DNA of 64,000 nucleotides from Terriglobia bacterium (GTDB taxonomy: Bacteria; Acidobacteriota; Terriglobia; 20CM-2-55-15). The translations under genes and the position numbers were made by a program. Every line of letters starts with the position of its first letter. Positions within the stretch are counted from its first letter, which is position 1. The notes below the pieces were generated by a model that saw nothing but the letters and a program-made list of their open reading frames with translations, did not search any database and was not told the DNA's origin. Below, in pieces: positions 41,273-50,421 of this stretch. Location of the stretch: assembly GCA_965198225.1 (NCBI GenBank), contig CBDAOY010000002.1, positions 17,480-81,479 on the forward strand, read 5' to 3'.

Positions 41273-42297
41273 GCACCCTCCTTACCTGCGAATCGCCTCG
41301 AACGTTGCGACCAACAGGGACCGTCAGGCTGGCAGGTCGCGCCGGAGTCTCGGAAATCTCGGATTGTCGCGATCCACGGGCGCAACTCCGCAGGCACACA
41401 CAACCCCGTGTTGCGAATGTCGAACACTCCGAGGCGGGTCAGGTTCGCTAATTCGTGCGGGATCGCACCGCTCAACTCATTGTCGGCGAGAGACAGCCTC
41501 TGGAGGTTGGCCAATCCGCCCAGCTCCACCGGGATCGCTCCACTCAATGTATTCCCGGCGAGATCCAGATCGTCGAGGTTGGTCAAGCCGCCCAGCTCCA
41601 CCGGGATCGCTCCGCTCAACGTATTCCCGTTGAGAGACACTTCCTCGAGGTTGGCCAATCCGCCCAACGTAGCCGGGATCGGCCCGCTCAATTCATTCCA
41701 GGAAAGAGTCAGATCCTCGAGGTAGGTCAAGTTGCTCAACTCCGCGGGGATCGGACCGCTCAATTCATTTTCGAAGAGAGACAGCCTCTGGAGGTTGGCC
41801 AAGCCGCCCAACTCCGCCGGGATCGCACCGCTCAACTCATTGCTGGAGAGAGACAGCCTCTGGAGGTTGGCCAAGCCGCTCAGCTCCACCGGGATCGCTC
41901 CGCTCAACTCATTGCTGAAGAGATCCAGCGTCCGGAGGTTGGCCAAGCCGCCCAACTCCACCGGGATCGCACCGCTCAACTCATTGCTGGAGAGAGACAG
42001 GCGCGTAACGCGTCCGGCCGCGTCCGTGGTGACCCCATGCCACGCCGAGAGGGGTTCGCCGGTTTTCCAGTTCGTGCTGGTTATCCAGTTCGAACCGTCC
42101 GTGGCTTCGTAAAGCGCCTCCAAAGCTGCCCTGTCGGTCGCCCCGCTCTCCTGCGCCAAGACGTTGCCGACGGACAACCCGTTCACTGCGGCCATACCCC
42201 AAGATGCGCCGACGAGCAGGCCGGCGGTGGCCGCAACAAGCATGCCGGCTCCGATGCCAACCCCGATTGAGCGCTCCGTGAACACTGTAACTTTCAT
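41269..42297 (-). CDS. Plant-type leucine-rich repeat protein
   Basis: DRAALEALYEATDG..W cap; about 8 copies of a 24-aa LxxNxLSGAIPxELGGLANL repeat (72-bp DNA repeats). Confidence 0.9.
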   Translation of the reverse strand: MKVTVFTERSIGVGIGAGMLVAATAGLLVGASWGMAAVNGLSVGNVLAQESGATDRAALEALYEATDGSNWITSTNWKTGEPLSAWHGVTTDAAGRVTRLSLSSNELSGAIPVELGGLANLRTLDLFSNELSGAIPVELSGLANLQRLSLSSNELSGAIPAELGGLANLQRLSLFENELSGPIPAELSNLTYLEDLTLSWNELSGPIPATLGGLANLEEVSLNGNTLSGAIPVELGGLTNLDDLDLAGNTLSGAIPVELGGLANLQRLSLADNELSGAIPHELANLTRLGVFDIRNTGLCVPAELRPWIATIRDFRDSGATCQPDGPCWSQRSRRFAGKEGA

Positions 42298-43112
42298 TCG
42301 TCAACCCCCTCCCAACAGCAGTCGATGTTCAGCATTTTAACGCCGATTCCATTCTACCCGGGAGCAACGTCTGTCGAGTTCCGGTGCGGGCTAAAAGAGG
42401 GTACGGCAGGAATGATGGATGATTCGTTCGCCAAGACAAACCCCGCAGAGAACCTGCTCCTACGCACCACTCCCGCGTCAAGAATCCGTCTCAGAATAAA
42501 GGAATCAAAAGGGCGCTGGCAGGATCCCGGAGGACGTCCAGAATTTCCGGAAGTCTGTGAAACCCCGCCGGTTTTCGAGGCATCGTGCGGGCTCCGCCTC
42601 TACCACATGTGAGGGCGCGATCCGGCATTATAGGATTTTCGGGAAACGGGGGGGCCGGACTGGTTATGACCGATAAACGCCATGATTCTATCGGAGATCG
42701 TCAGGCACCGACAGTGACAGAAAATGATGCCGGGCGATGTCGGATAGAATGCTTTGAAGTGCGCCGGAGGCGCGTTAAGAGGATGCGGGCCAGCGCCTAT
42801 GGGTTGTCAATTGTAACCGGCTTGTAATGAAAGGCTTACGACTTTGTGTCGAAAAGTGACTCACGTTGGGGCGTGATTTGCGAAATACCTTCATCGTCTG
42901 ATCGCACCAGACCATACCACACATGTAGCATCCGAGCGCCTGCGGCTTAGTTCAAAGGACATTATCATTCATATAGAATGGCTCCTGACCGATCCGGCGA
43001 TCTCTAGGTCCGAAACCTATGTCGCCTCGGCACCGTTGCCTGTGTCGGGAGTATCAGAAGCAACATTTGCGAGCGGCGGTGGCGCGGCCGGAACGCCGCC
43101 TGCTTCACGCCT

Positions 43113-44624
43113 TCACCCGGCCCGTAGCGAGTCTCGCGCCTCGACAATGGCCCGAAGCTTGGCTTCGGCGACGCGGGCCGACGCGACGGGATTGTCGGCG
43201 AAGGTGGCGAAACCGCAGTCCGGCGTCAGCAGGACGCGCTCGGAGCCGAACAGGTCCATGGCGCGGAAAATCCGCCGCCGGATGTCCTCCACCGGCTCCA
43301 CGGCGTCGACCTTCGGGTTGACGACGCCCACGCCGATGCGCTTCTCGTCCGGGATCGCCCGGAGCACCTCGGCCTCGCCCGCACGCTCGGTGCACAGCTC
43401 CAGGTACACAACCCCGACGTCGACGCTACGTAGCGCGGCCATCAACGGGCGGTAGTCGCCGGCCAGGGCGACGGACTCGTCGCGGGTCCAGTTGCCCCGG
43501 CAGACATGCAGCCCCAGCCGCTCCTCGGGCAGACCCGCGGTCACCGCGTTCAGCAGACCGACGGCGAAGTCGAGCTCAGGGCCGGGCTCGAGCCGCTCGC
43601 TCAACGCACCGCACATGAAACTACGCGTCCGGCGCGCGCTTCCGAAGACGACCTCGGTCAACACCGGTTCGTCGAGCTGCACGATCGCGGCGCCTGACGC
43701 CAACAGAAAATGCAGTTCCTCGCGCAGCACCCGGACAACGTCACTGGCGAGTTCCTCCCGGGTTTCGTACGGGCGGTCCGTGAGGCAGTCCAGCCACATC
43801 GTGCGCGTGAGCAGGTAGGGGCCGGGCAGCGCCACCTTGACGGGCCGGCCGGCCTCCGCGCGGGCAAAATCGAGCTCGTGGACGGCGAGGGGGCGGCCGC
43901 GGCCCAAGCGGCCGTAGGCAACCGGGTGCCGGACCTCCGCGGCGGGCACGTCCAGCGCACGGAGATCCCGCTCGAAAGCCTCCGGGTCGTCTACCATCGC
44001 CGCAAGGTCGTCCAACGGTATGAGCTGGCAGTTGTCCGGCCGGCCGCCGGCGAAGCTGGCGTAGCTGTCCCGCCGCTGCTCGCCGTCGGTCACGACATCG
44101 ACCCCCGCCCGCAACTGCGCGTCCAGACACAGGCGCACCGCGTCGTCGGCCGTGGACTGAAAATCCGCTTCATCCAGCCGACCCTCCAGGTGGTCGTGCA
44201 TGGCCTGGAGCATCCATCGCGGACGGGGCCAACTGCCAACGCCCATCACCGACAGCGGCAGGATCTCCGGCGCGGGGGAGGGAGAGGGCAGCGACTCGGG
44301 CACCGTGACCCCCACCCGGATCGGCGCGCCGTGGGGCGCTTCGGCTGGCGCCCGCGCGCGCTCGGCGTAGGGACCCTTGCTGATCAGGAAGCTGCGCTGC
44401 CGTCCCTGGCGGGTCCACGACACCAGCGCGTTCCCCGTCAACCGGCACCAGGCCGGCAACTCGACCTCGACCGTCGAGTCGGTGGACAGGATCTCCAGCA
44501 GGTCGCCGGGTTTCAGGGGGTCGATGTGCCGGCGGATCAGGAGCAGCAGCCCGCCGCCGCAGTCCAGGTCGCCGCCGTTGAAACGGCCGTCGGGCGTATG
44601 CGCGTGGCGTTCGATGGGTTCCAT
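43113..44624 (-). CDS. TusA-domain / MetE-C-terminal-like (cobalamin-independent methionine synthase type II fold) fusion
   Basis: N-term GDLDCGGGLLL..ELPAWCRLTG; VGSWPRP, TDGEQRR, QLDEP, HVCRGN, E, TPDCGF Zn ligands. Confidence 0.88.
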   Translation of the reverse strand: MEPIERHAHTPDGRFNGGDLDCGGGLLLLIRRHIDPLKPGDLLEILSTDSTVEVELPAWCRLTGNALVSWTRQGRQRSFLISKGPYAERARAPAEAPHGAPIRVGVTVPESLPSPSPAPEILPLSVMGVGSWPRPRWMLQAMHDHLEGRLDEADFQSTADDAVRLCLDAQLRAGVDVVTDGEQRRDSYASFAGGRPDNCQLIPLDDLAAMVDDPEAFERDLRALDVPAAEVRHPVAYGRLGRGRPLAVHELDFARAEAGRPVKVALPGPYLLTRTMWLDCLTDRPYETREELASDVVRVLREELHFLLASGAAIVQLDEPVLTEVVFGSARRTRSFMCGALSERLEPGPELDFAVGLLNAVTAGLPEERLGLHVCRGNWTRDESVALAGDYRPLMAALRSVDVGVVYLELCTERAGEAEVLRAIPDEKRIGVGVVNPKVDAVEPVEDIRRRIFRAMDLFGSERVLLTPDCGFATFADNPVASARVAEAKLRAIVEARDSLRAG

Positions 44625-44658
44625 CAAGCGGTCCGCGCGCGGAGCATCGAAACGCGGA

Positions 44659-45021
44659 TCAAAAGCTGACGCAGGGGGCGCCGCCGGAGAGGAACTCGAC
44701 CAGGACTGCGCCGCCGACGATCTTCGCGCCGTCGACCAGGTTGTTCTCGTCCAACCCGCGCTTCTTGAAGCACGGCGCACACACGTAAACGATGCCTCCT
44801 GCCTCGACGAAGTTGTCCATCAGCTCCTTGAGGGGCATGAAACCCTCTTCGTGAACGTCGTCGGCGAACCCTTTCTGGGACCATCGGACGCCTTCGGTGG
44901 TCAAGAAGACGACCGTTTCCTTTTCCGAGCCGACTGCGGCGTTGCCAATGACGAAGGCCACCGTGGACTTGTCAGTGTCGTCCTTCGCGCAGGTGAGACT
45001 CACGCAGAATTTTCCAGCCAT
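44659..45021 (-). CDS. DsrE-family protein
   Basis: VFLTTEGV, YVCAPCFKKRGL, IVGG. Confidence 0.85.
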   Translation of the reverse strand: MAGKFCVSLTCAKDDTDKSTVAFVIGNAAVGSEKETVVFLTTEGVRWSQKGFADDVHEEGFMPLKELMDNFVEAGGIVYVCAPCFKKRGLDENNLVDGAKIVGGAVLVEFLSGGAPCVSF

Positions 45022-45054
45022 TCGCTGTTCTTCCCTTTCCGGCCGATCCCGCGA

Positions 45055-45348
45055 TCAGCCGTTCTTCTGTTCGATCCAGTAATGGGGATGCGCGGCGCGA
45101 AGCAGGCGGCGTCCGGTCATCCGGCACCACGCGGGCAGGTCTTCGGGCGCGCCCAGGTCCTGGGAGGTCAGCTTGAGAACGTCTCCGGGACGGAGCTTTC
45201 GCATTCGCAAACGCAGCAGGACGATGACCTCGCCGCATCCCATGTGGCCGGCGTCCCACTCGTCGGCGACGGGCAGATAGGTCGCGGCGACGCCAACCGC
45301 GTCCGCCTCGACTTCACCCACAGGCTGTGATCGCCCATCCGGCAGCAT
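45055..45348 (-). CDS. TusA/SirA-family sulfur carrier
   Basis: WDAGHMGCGE..LRPGDVLKLTSQDLGAPEDLPAWCRMTG. Confidence 0.85.
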   Translation of the reverse strand: MLPDGRSQPVGEVEADAVGVAATYLPVADEWDAGHMGCGEVIVLLRLRMRKLRPGDVLKLTSQDLGAPEDLPAWCRMTGRRLLRAAHPHYWIEQKNG

Positions 45349-45526
45349 CCGGGCAATCTACATCGGCGGGATTGCGCCGTCAACCGTCCCCGGGCTCGGA
45401 CATGTCGAACAAGCACTCCATGGGGTGCAATTAAACAAAGGCACCCCATCCGTCATCGCGACCACGGCTAACCTTCCCCGGATTCACAATCGCCGTTTTC
45501 ACGAATTGCCATCGTGGCGGCGGGGT

Positions 45527-46141
45527 CTACTCGTCCTTCAGTTGCTCCCAGCTCCTCGGTTTCCATACCCGAGCCAAGCGTTTCGCTTTGATGACTTGTG
45601 AAGCGGTCATCTTCGCTGCCACTTCATTTCTCGATGATCGGTATTCCGCCGCCGCCTCGGGAAGCGGGCGTGCAGCGGCCAATTTCAGCCACTTGTAGGC
45701 TTGGATGTAATTCCGGGACACGCCCTCGCCATTGGCGTACATGATGCCGAGGTCGTGTTGTGCGGAGTCGGCCCCCTGCTCAGCGGCCAGCCGATACCAC
45801 CGCACGGCCTCCCGCTTGTCCTGAGGAACGCCGACTCCTGTTTCGTACCTGAAGCCGAGGAGAGATTGTGCGTAGGCGTACCCCTGCTCGGCCGCTAGGC
45901 GGAACCACCGCACGGCCTCCTGTTCATCAACGGTCACGCCCTCGCCGTCGGCGTACATGATACCGAGGTTGAATTGTGCTCTGGCGCTTCCCTGCTCCGC
46001 TGCCAAGCGATACCACTTCAAAGATTCGTGGTAATCCCGGTGAACGCCCTCACCGTCGGCGTACATGGCCCCGAGGGTTAATCGGGCTGTGGTGTCCCCT
46101 TGCTCGGCGGCCAACCGCAGTTGTTCGATATCTTTGTTCAC
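45527..46141 (-). CDS. Sel1-repeat protein
   Basis: Repeated AAEQG..AQFNLG.MY..GEGV..D..EAV.WYR. Confidence 0.92.
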   Translation of the reverse strand: MNKDIEQLRLAAEQGDTTARLTLGAMYADGEGVHRDYHESLKWYRLAAEQGSARAQFNLGIMYADGEGVTVDEQEAVRWFRLAAEQGYAYAQSLLGFRYETGVGVPQDKREAVRWYRLAAEQGADSAQHDLGIMYANGEGVSRNYIQAYKWLKLAAARPLPEAAAEYRSSRNEVAAKMTASQVIKAKRLARVWKPRSWEQLKDE

Positions 46142-46325
46142 AGAATGGGTGCTCTACGTTTCATCCGGCTGTCCCCCAATTCGTTACCCATCCGAGGACT
46201 TCCCCGCTCCCCTCCCGTTCAGCTCAGACCATACTGGCGCATCCGGCCAGGAACATGCTGTTGAGCAGCGCCATCAGAACCACGGTGGAGACTATTCGCA
46301 AGACAACCGCACTGTCAGAGTCGAA

Positions 46326-47120
46326 TCAAAGCCGGAATCGGATGCCTGCCTCAATCTGATCGGAATCAATCGGCGCCCCCCGGCTGGAGCGAAAGCGATA
46401 ACCAAATCGGAAATCCACGCGCTGGGCGGCCCGAACCAAGAAGCCCGCCATGATCTGATAGGAAAACCGGGAATCCTCATGTTCGGCTGTGGTCGTGAAG
46501 GGTAGGTGCAGGGGTGGGAGCGAGGGAACAAAGTTTTCTGGAATAACAGAGCCGGGAAAAGCCTCGAAGTCGAATGGACTGGTAATGACTGGGTAACTAA
46601 AGCCGGGTGGATACGACAGGGTAGAGGTGACGGTTCTATCGTGGAAGAAAGCGCCCAGACCGAACCCAACATAGGGACTCACTCTCCATTCGGGATAGCG
46701 GTAGTAAAAATTCCCCATGAGGGACGGGGTCTTGATCTCTCCGTCAATCTCTACGGTCGGTAAGGGAAAGGAAATGCTAGTAAAACGAGCACTGGAACTT
46801 TCAAAAGACCCCGCCAATGCCCCCGTAGTAAAACCTGTGGGAACGCCGGAGGGATCGCCGATGCCGACTTGCTGGTATCCCCCTTCGATCTCAATCGAGA
46901 TGCCCTCGTTGAAGGCGTAGCCGAAGGCCGCGGTAAAAGCGCCCCCAGCTTTCAAACCGAGACCCGTTGAGGTCTTCGGGTCGTATGGGAAAACACCCGA
47001 TCCAGCAACAGCGAGATAGAACTGCCCGTTTCCGTCAATCGGTTGCGCAGCCTGTTGCGCAGTTCCAGGCAGAGCAAGCTGCGCCAGAGCGATAGCAAGG
47101 CCGGCGAGCGTCTTGGTCAA
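46326..47120 (-). CDS. Outer-membrane beta-barrel protein (OmpA/Opa-like)
   Basis: Signal peptide; SPYVGFGLG; FSYQIMAG; FGYRF; C-terminal AGIRFRL; start uncertain. Confidence 0.75.
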   Translation of the reverse strand: MTKTLAGLAIALAQLALPGTAQQAAQPIDGNGQFYLAVAGSGVFPYDPKTSTGLGLKAGGAFTAAFGYAFNEGISIEIEGGYQQVGIGDPSGVPTGFTTGALAGSFESSSARFTSISFPLPTVEIDGEIKTPSLMGNFYYRYPEWRVSPYVGFGLGAFFHDRTVTSTLSYPPGFSYPVITSPFDFEAFPGSVIPENFVPSLPPLHLPFTTTAEHEDSRFSYQIMAGFLVRAAQRVDFRFGYRFRSSRGAPIDSDQIEAGIRFRL

Positions 47121-47497
47121 ACTTTTTTCTCTCTCGTTCGTTAGCTGGCCTTGACCCGTCCGCTGATGGCTTCGCGCAACACTTCCTGGTGCACCATGCG
47201 TTTCACGCAGTTGAGCAACCTCGGCCCGAATCTCCAGGATCTCAGCTTGCAACCTGCTAGTCGCGTTGAGGAGCACCCCCGCGAGTGCGCCGCCAACGCT
47301 GAGAATGGCGATGATTCTCCACGATGCTGGACTCGACCCAGTCACAGAGTCTGGGATACTTTTGTTGCCACTTCTTCGCCATGCGGCCAGGTCCCGCCGG
47401 GACGCTGACCGATCCCAGGATCTCGAGCCCGCCCTCCGCTCAGGTCAGGCAATATCATACATATTCTGGCGGTAGGTGGCTCCGTCTCGAAGAAATC

Positions 47498-47860
47498 TCA
47501 AGACGGGGGCTGCCGCTGGCCGCTCTTGATCGAAGACCCCCTATCGGGGTCCTCTCCGGCGAAAGGCCACGGCGCGAACGCCGGGATAGCCTCGCCGGTC
47601 ATCCACTGCTGCAGGACACGCTGCCAGCCCGCCTCGGGGGTGGCGGTCCAAGCGTCCAGGTCCGCATCCATCGTCTTGCGGTGGACTTCCGCCCGGAGCG
47701 CGATGAGGCGCGTGAACTCGTCTTCGAGCTGCGCCAAGTGGTCGATCTGCTTCCGGGTTTCCTCACCGCGTTCCAACTCGTCGGCCAGCTCCATGAGTCG
47801 GGCCGTCATTGCCTTGGTGATCGCGGCCCGTTGTTCGTCAATGGATGTTGCGTTCGCCAT
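47498..47860 (-). CDS. Hypothetical helical protein behind structured leader A
   Basis: GGAGG RBS from the repeat; 120 aa. Confidence 0.65.
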   Translation of the reverse strand: MANATSIDEQRAAITKAMTARLMELADELERGEETRKQIDHLAQLEDEFTRLIALRAEVHRKTMDADLDAWTATPEAGWQRVLQQWMTGEAIPAFAPWPFAGEDPDRGSSIKSGQRQPPS

Positions 47861-48103
47861 GATGTGTTGTCCTCCGAAGTGAAAGGGTTTGATCTGTGTC
47901 GCTCACAAAGACACGCGACACCGGGAAACCCTGTGGAGGGGGACAAGTGCCCCCGCGACCGGTGACGGCCGGGCCGAACAAGAGCGCCACGCATGAGAGA
48001 CCCCGCGAAGCGGATTCCCGGTCTGGCCTGGGGGATGCTTCGGCCAAGCCCAAGGCACCGGCAAAAGGCCAAGCGCACACTGGCGAACCACGCCCCATGA
48101 TCC
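47861..48103 (-). repeat. Structured ~240-nt leader, copy A
   Basis: Shares GGATCATG, CCAGACCGGGAA..CGC..TCGCGGGGTCT and GTGAGCGACA..ATCAAACCCTT..GGAGG..ATGGCG with copies B and C. Confidence 0.88.
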
Positions 48104-48241
48104 GCGACGCGATCAGAGGGACAGGGCCGGATGAGGCGGTGAGGGGAAAGCTACGCGAGAGCAGGTTAGAGACACACTAGACACGGGCTGTCGGACATGT
48201 CTGCAAAGTGTTTCCAACCGGAAGGCTATGGGCCCTGCCCG

Positions 48242-48740
48242 TAGCCACGGTGGGGTGGCTACGGAAATAGAGCATAGATCAGGACAAGAGGAACGCCTGC
48301 CAGGATCGCCACCTGAAGGCTGAACGCCATCGGCAACATCCGCTCCTTGCGTTGCTCTTCAAGCATCCGGGAGAGTGTTCGAACCTGGCGAGCCGCCTCG
48401 GCTGAATCTTCGCGGGACCTCGGCCTGTTCCTGAGCGCTTGTCAACATGGCTTGCAAGCGTTCCTCAACGGAGAGCAAGGCTGGGTCCGGATTCTTCCCG
48501 CTCGATGTTCCTGTCCCGCTGCCTGTCGCCGTCAATGCTGACGACGGCGCGGAGTTCCTCCTGCTGCCGCCATATCCATATCGCGTGCTCCAGCCGGTCT
48601 ATCTCATCCGATATTGGTTTGATCTCTTTTCGCATCCAGTCCGGGTCCGTCTCCTTGCCGGTAGCCTTCCGGGCCTGAAACAAGTTGGCCCGCTGCTTGA
48701 TGAAGAGAAAGAGTTTGGTTTCCATTTCGATGATGCTCAT
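48242..48740 (-). pseudogene. Frameshifted coiled-coil protein with C-terminal TM anchor
   Basis: MSIIEMETKLF... continues in shifted frames to FSLQVAILAGVPLVLIYALFP*. Confidence 0.45.
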
Positions 48741-48904
48741 TGGGTACTCCGTTGTTCGTCCGGCGTTGATCTCGCCGGACACGTCGAGTTCAACGGGAAA
48801 AGTTCTGAATCGGGTTACAGGCACGGGCTGTCGGGCAGGTCTCGAAAGTGTCTCGAACCGGGTTGGAAAGGACGGCGGGGCTGTTCCCCGCCGTCCGCAT
48901 TGAA

Positions 48905-49207
48905 TTATTCCCCTCTCGCGTCGTCCTCCACGATGTAGGAGTCTGCGACAACTTCCTGCCGCTCGTCAACCGGCGCAGCCTTCGCGGCGGCGTCGGACCG
49001 GAAGATTTCCGAGTGGGCCTGGTCGGCCAGTTTCGCCAACACCAGGAGGTCGTCCCTCCCGAAGCTCTACGTGGACTTCCAGGTATCGCCGTCCCTGTAG
49101 AGACGGCCAAAGGTGACATTCGCCCGGGGGCGCTCGTCGGTTCCGTTCTGCCAAATCGTCGCCTTGACGCGTCCGATCCGGATTTCGTTGATGGGTTGAT
49201 TCGCCAT
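48905..49207 (-). pseudogene. PC4/Whirly-like small nucleic-acid-binding protein with in-frame TAG (49067-49069)
   Basis: MANQPINEIRIGRVKATIWQN..NVTFGRLYRDGDTWKST*SFGRDDLLVLAKLADQAH. Confidence 0.65.
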
Positions 49208-49448
49208 GATGTTTTTCCTCCTGAGAGTTAAGGGTTTGATCTTTGTCGCTCACCCGAGGAAGGCGAGAAAGTCAAACCCGGGATTGAAGGGGATGAGTCG
49301 AAGCCGCGCGGGGGACGGGCCAGCACGGCTACCAGCAACTCGACTGACAGACCCCGCGAAGGCGGGTTCCCGGTCTGGCCGGAGAGGTGCGCCGGACCAC
49401 CGGACCCCGCAGAGGCAAGCGGAGAATGGCGACACGCATCCATGATCC
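49208..49448 (-). repeat. Structured ~240-nt leader, copy B
   Basis: Same conserved blocks; most diverged copy. Confidence 0.85.
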
Positions 49449-49824
49449 GGGGCGTCAGAGCGATTGGCATGGAACCGCTCCGCGCGCGCGACGACCTAGG
49501 GGTATCCGGACGGCGACACCTGGAAGTCCAGCATGAGGGATCCGCGGGACGCCGGGTGAAACGGCCATGCTCCGAACGCCCTGTCTTCTGCCGTGCGGGC
49601 CCGAACCGACACGGGCCACGGCGACGATGGAGTGGGCGACGCCAAGATGTTGCGGGTGGCATAATCCGGCCGGACGCGGGCGGCTCCACAAGCCCCGTCG
49701 GCGGAGCTGCATCCAAGCGGCTACAGGCGGGGAGTCGGACGTGTCTCGGACGTGTCTCCAGGCGATGATCCCGCCGGGCCCCTCGATCTACGGCGGGGAT
49801 AAGCGCCCCGCCGCGCTACGGGGC

Positions 49825-50086
49825 CTACTTCCCTGCCCCGGCCTCGAGTTTCTCCTGTGCCACGTCTTCCAACGAAAGCTCGAAGACGAAACGATGGACG
49901 CGGTCGGCCACAACCGACAGCAGGAGCAGGTCATCGATCCCAAAGTTCCGCAATCGACCGGATTTGATGCCGTGGGTATAGAGACGGTAGAAGCTGACGC
50001 CGGGGCGTAGCGTCGGCCCCGTGATCCCAAACCGTCGCGCCGACGTTGCCGAGCTGGATTTCTTTGATTCGTGTTTGTTCCGCCAT
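49825..50086 (-). pseudogene. Second PC4-like paralog, frameshift near 50003
   Basis: MAEQTRIKEIQLGNVGATVWD / VSFYRLY..NFGIDDLLLLSVVADRVH. Confidence 0.6.
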
Positions 50087-50326
50087 GATGTTGTCCTCCG
50101 AAGTGAAAGGGTTTGATTTTTGTCGCTCACAAGAACATGCGACAAAGGCAAACCCTGTAGAGGGGGACACGCGCCGCCGTCACCGCGGACGGCCTGGCCG
50201 ACAAAAAGCGCCACGCATGACAGACCCCGCGAAGCGGGTTCCCGGTCTGGCTTTGGGGGGTGCGTCGGCCACGCCAGACACCGGCAAAAGGCAAGCGGAA
50301 CACTGGCGAAACACGGCCCATGATCC
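50087..50326 (-). repeat. Structured ~240-nt leader, copy C
   Basis: Colinear with copy A over its whole length. Confidence 0.88.
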
Positions 50327-50421
50327 AGTCGGCACGGCGAGAGATCGGGAAGTCGGTTGAGCGTGGGCTATAAGAAGAAGCCCAACACGGCGTGGAAAGG
50401 CCGCTGAGAACCGGGAACGGG

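Noticed and set aside
41440-42000. 72-bp tandem repeats resembling an array
   Set aside because: They are coding LRR repeats with no unique spacers, not CRISPR
42300-43110. 800-bp region without a credible ORF, as a possible ncRNA
   Set aside because: No recognisable structure, repeat or motif by eye
45350-45520. Possible SAM or cobalamin riboswitch upstream of the TusA/MetE-like operon
   Set aside because: Only one hairpin (ATGGGGTGC...GCACCCCAT) was seen; no riboswitch consensus recognised
47861-50326. Repeat region as a CRISPR array or integron attC array
   Set aside because: Repeats are about 240 nt, lie upstream of genes, lack RYYYAAC/GTTRRRY ends, and no cas or intI is present
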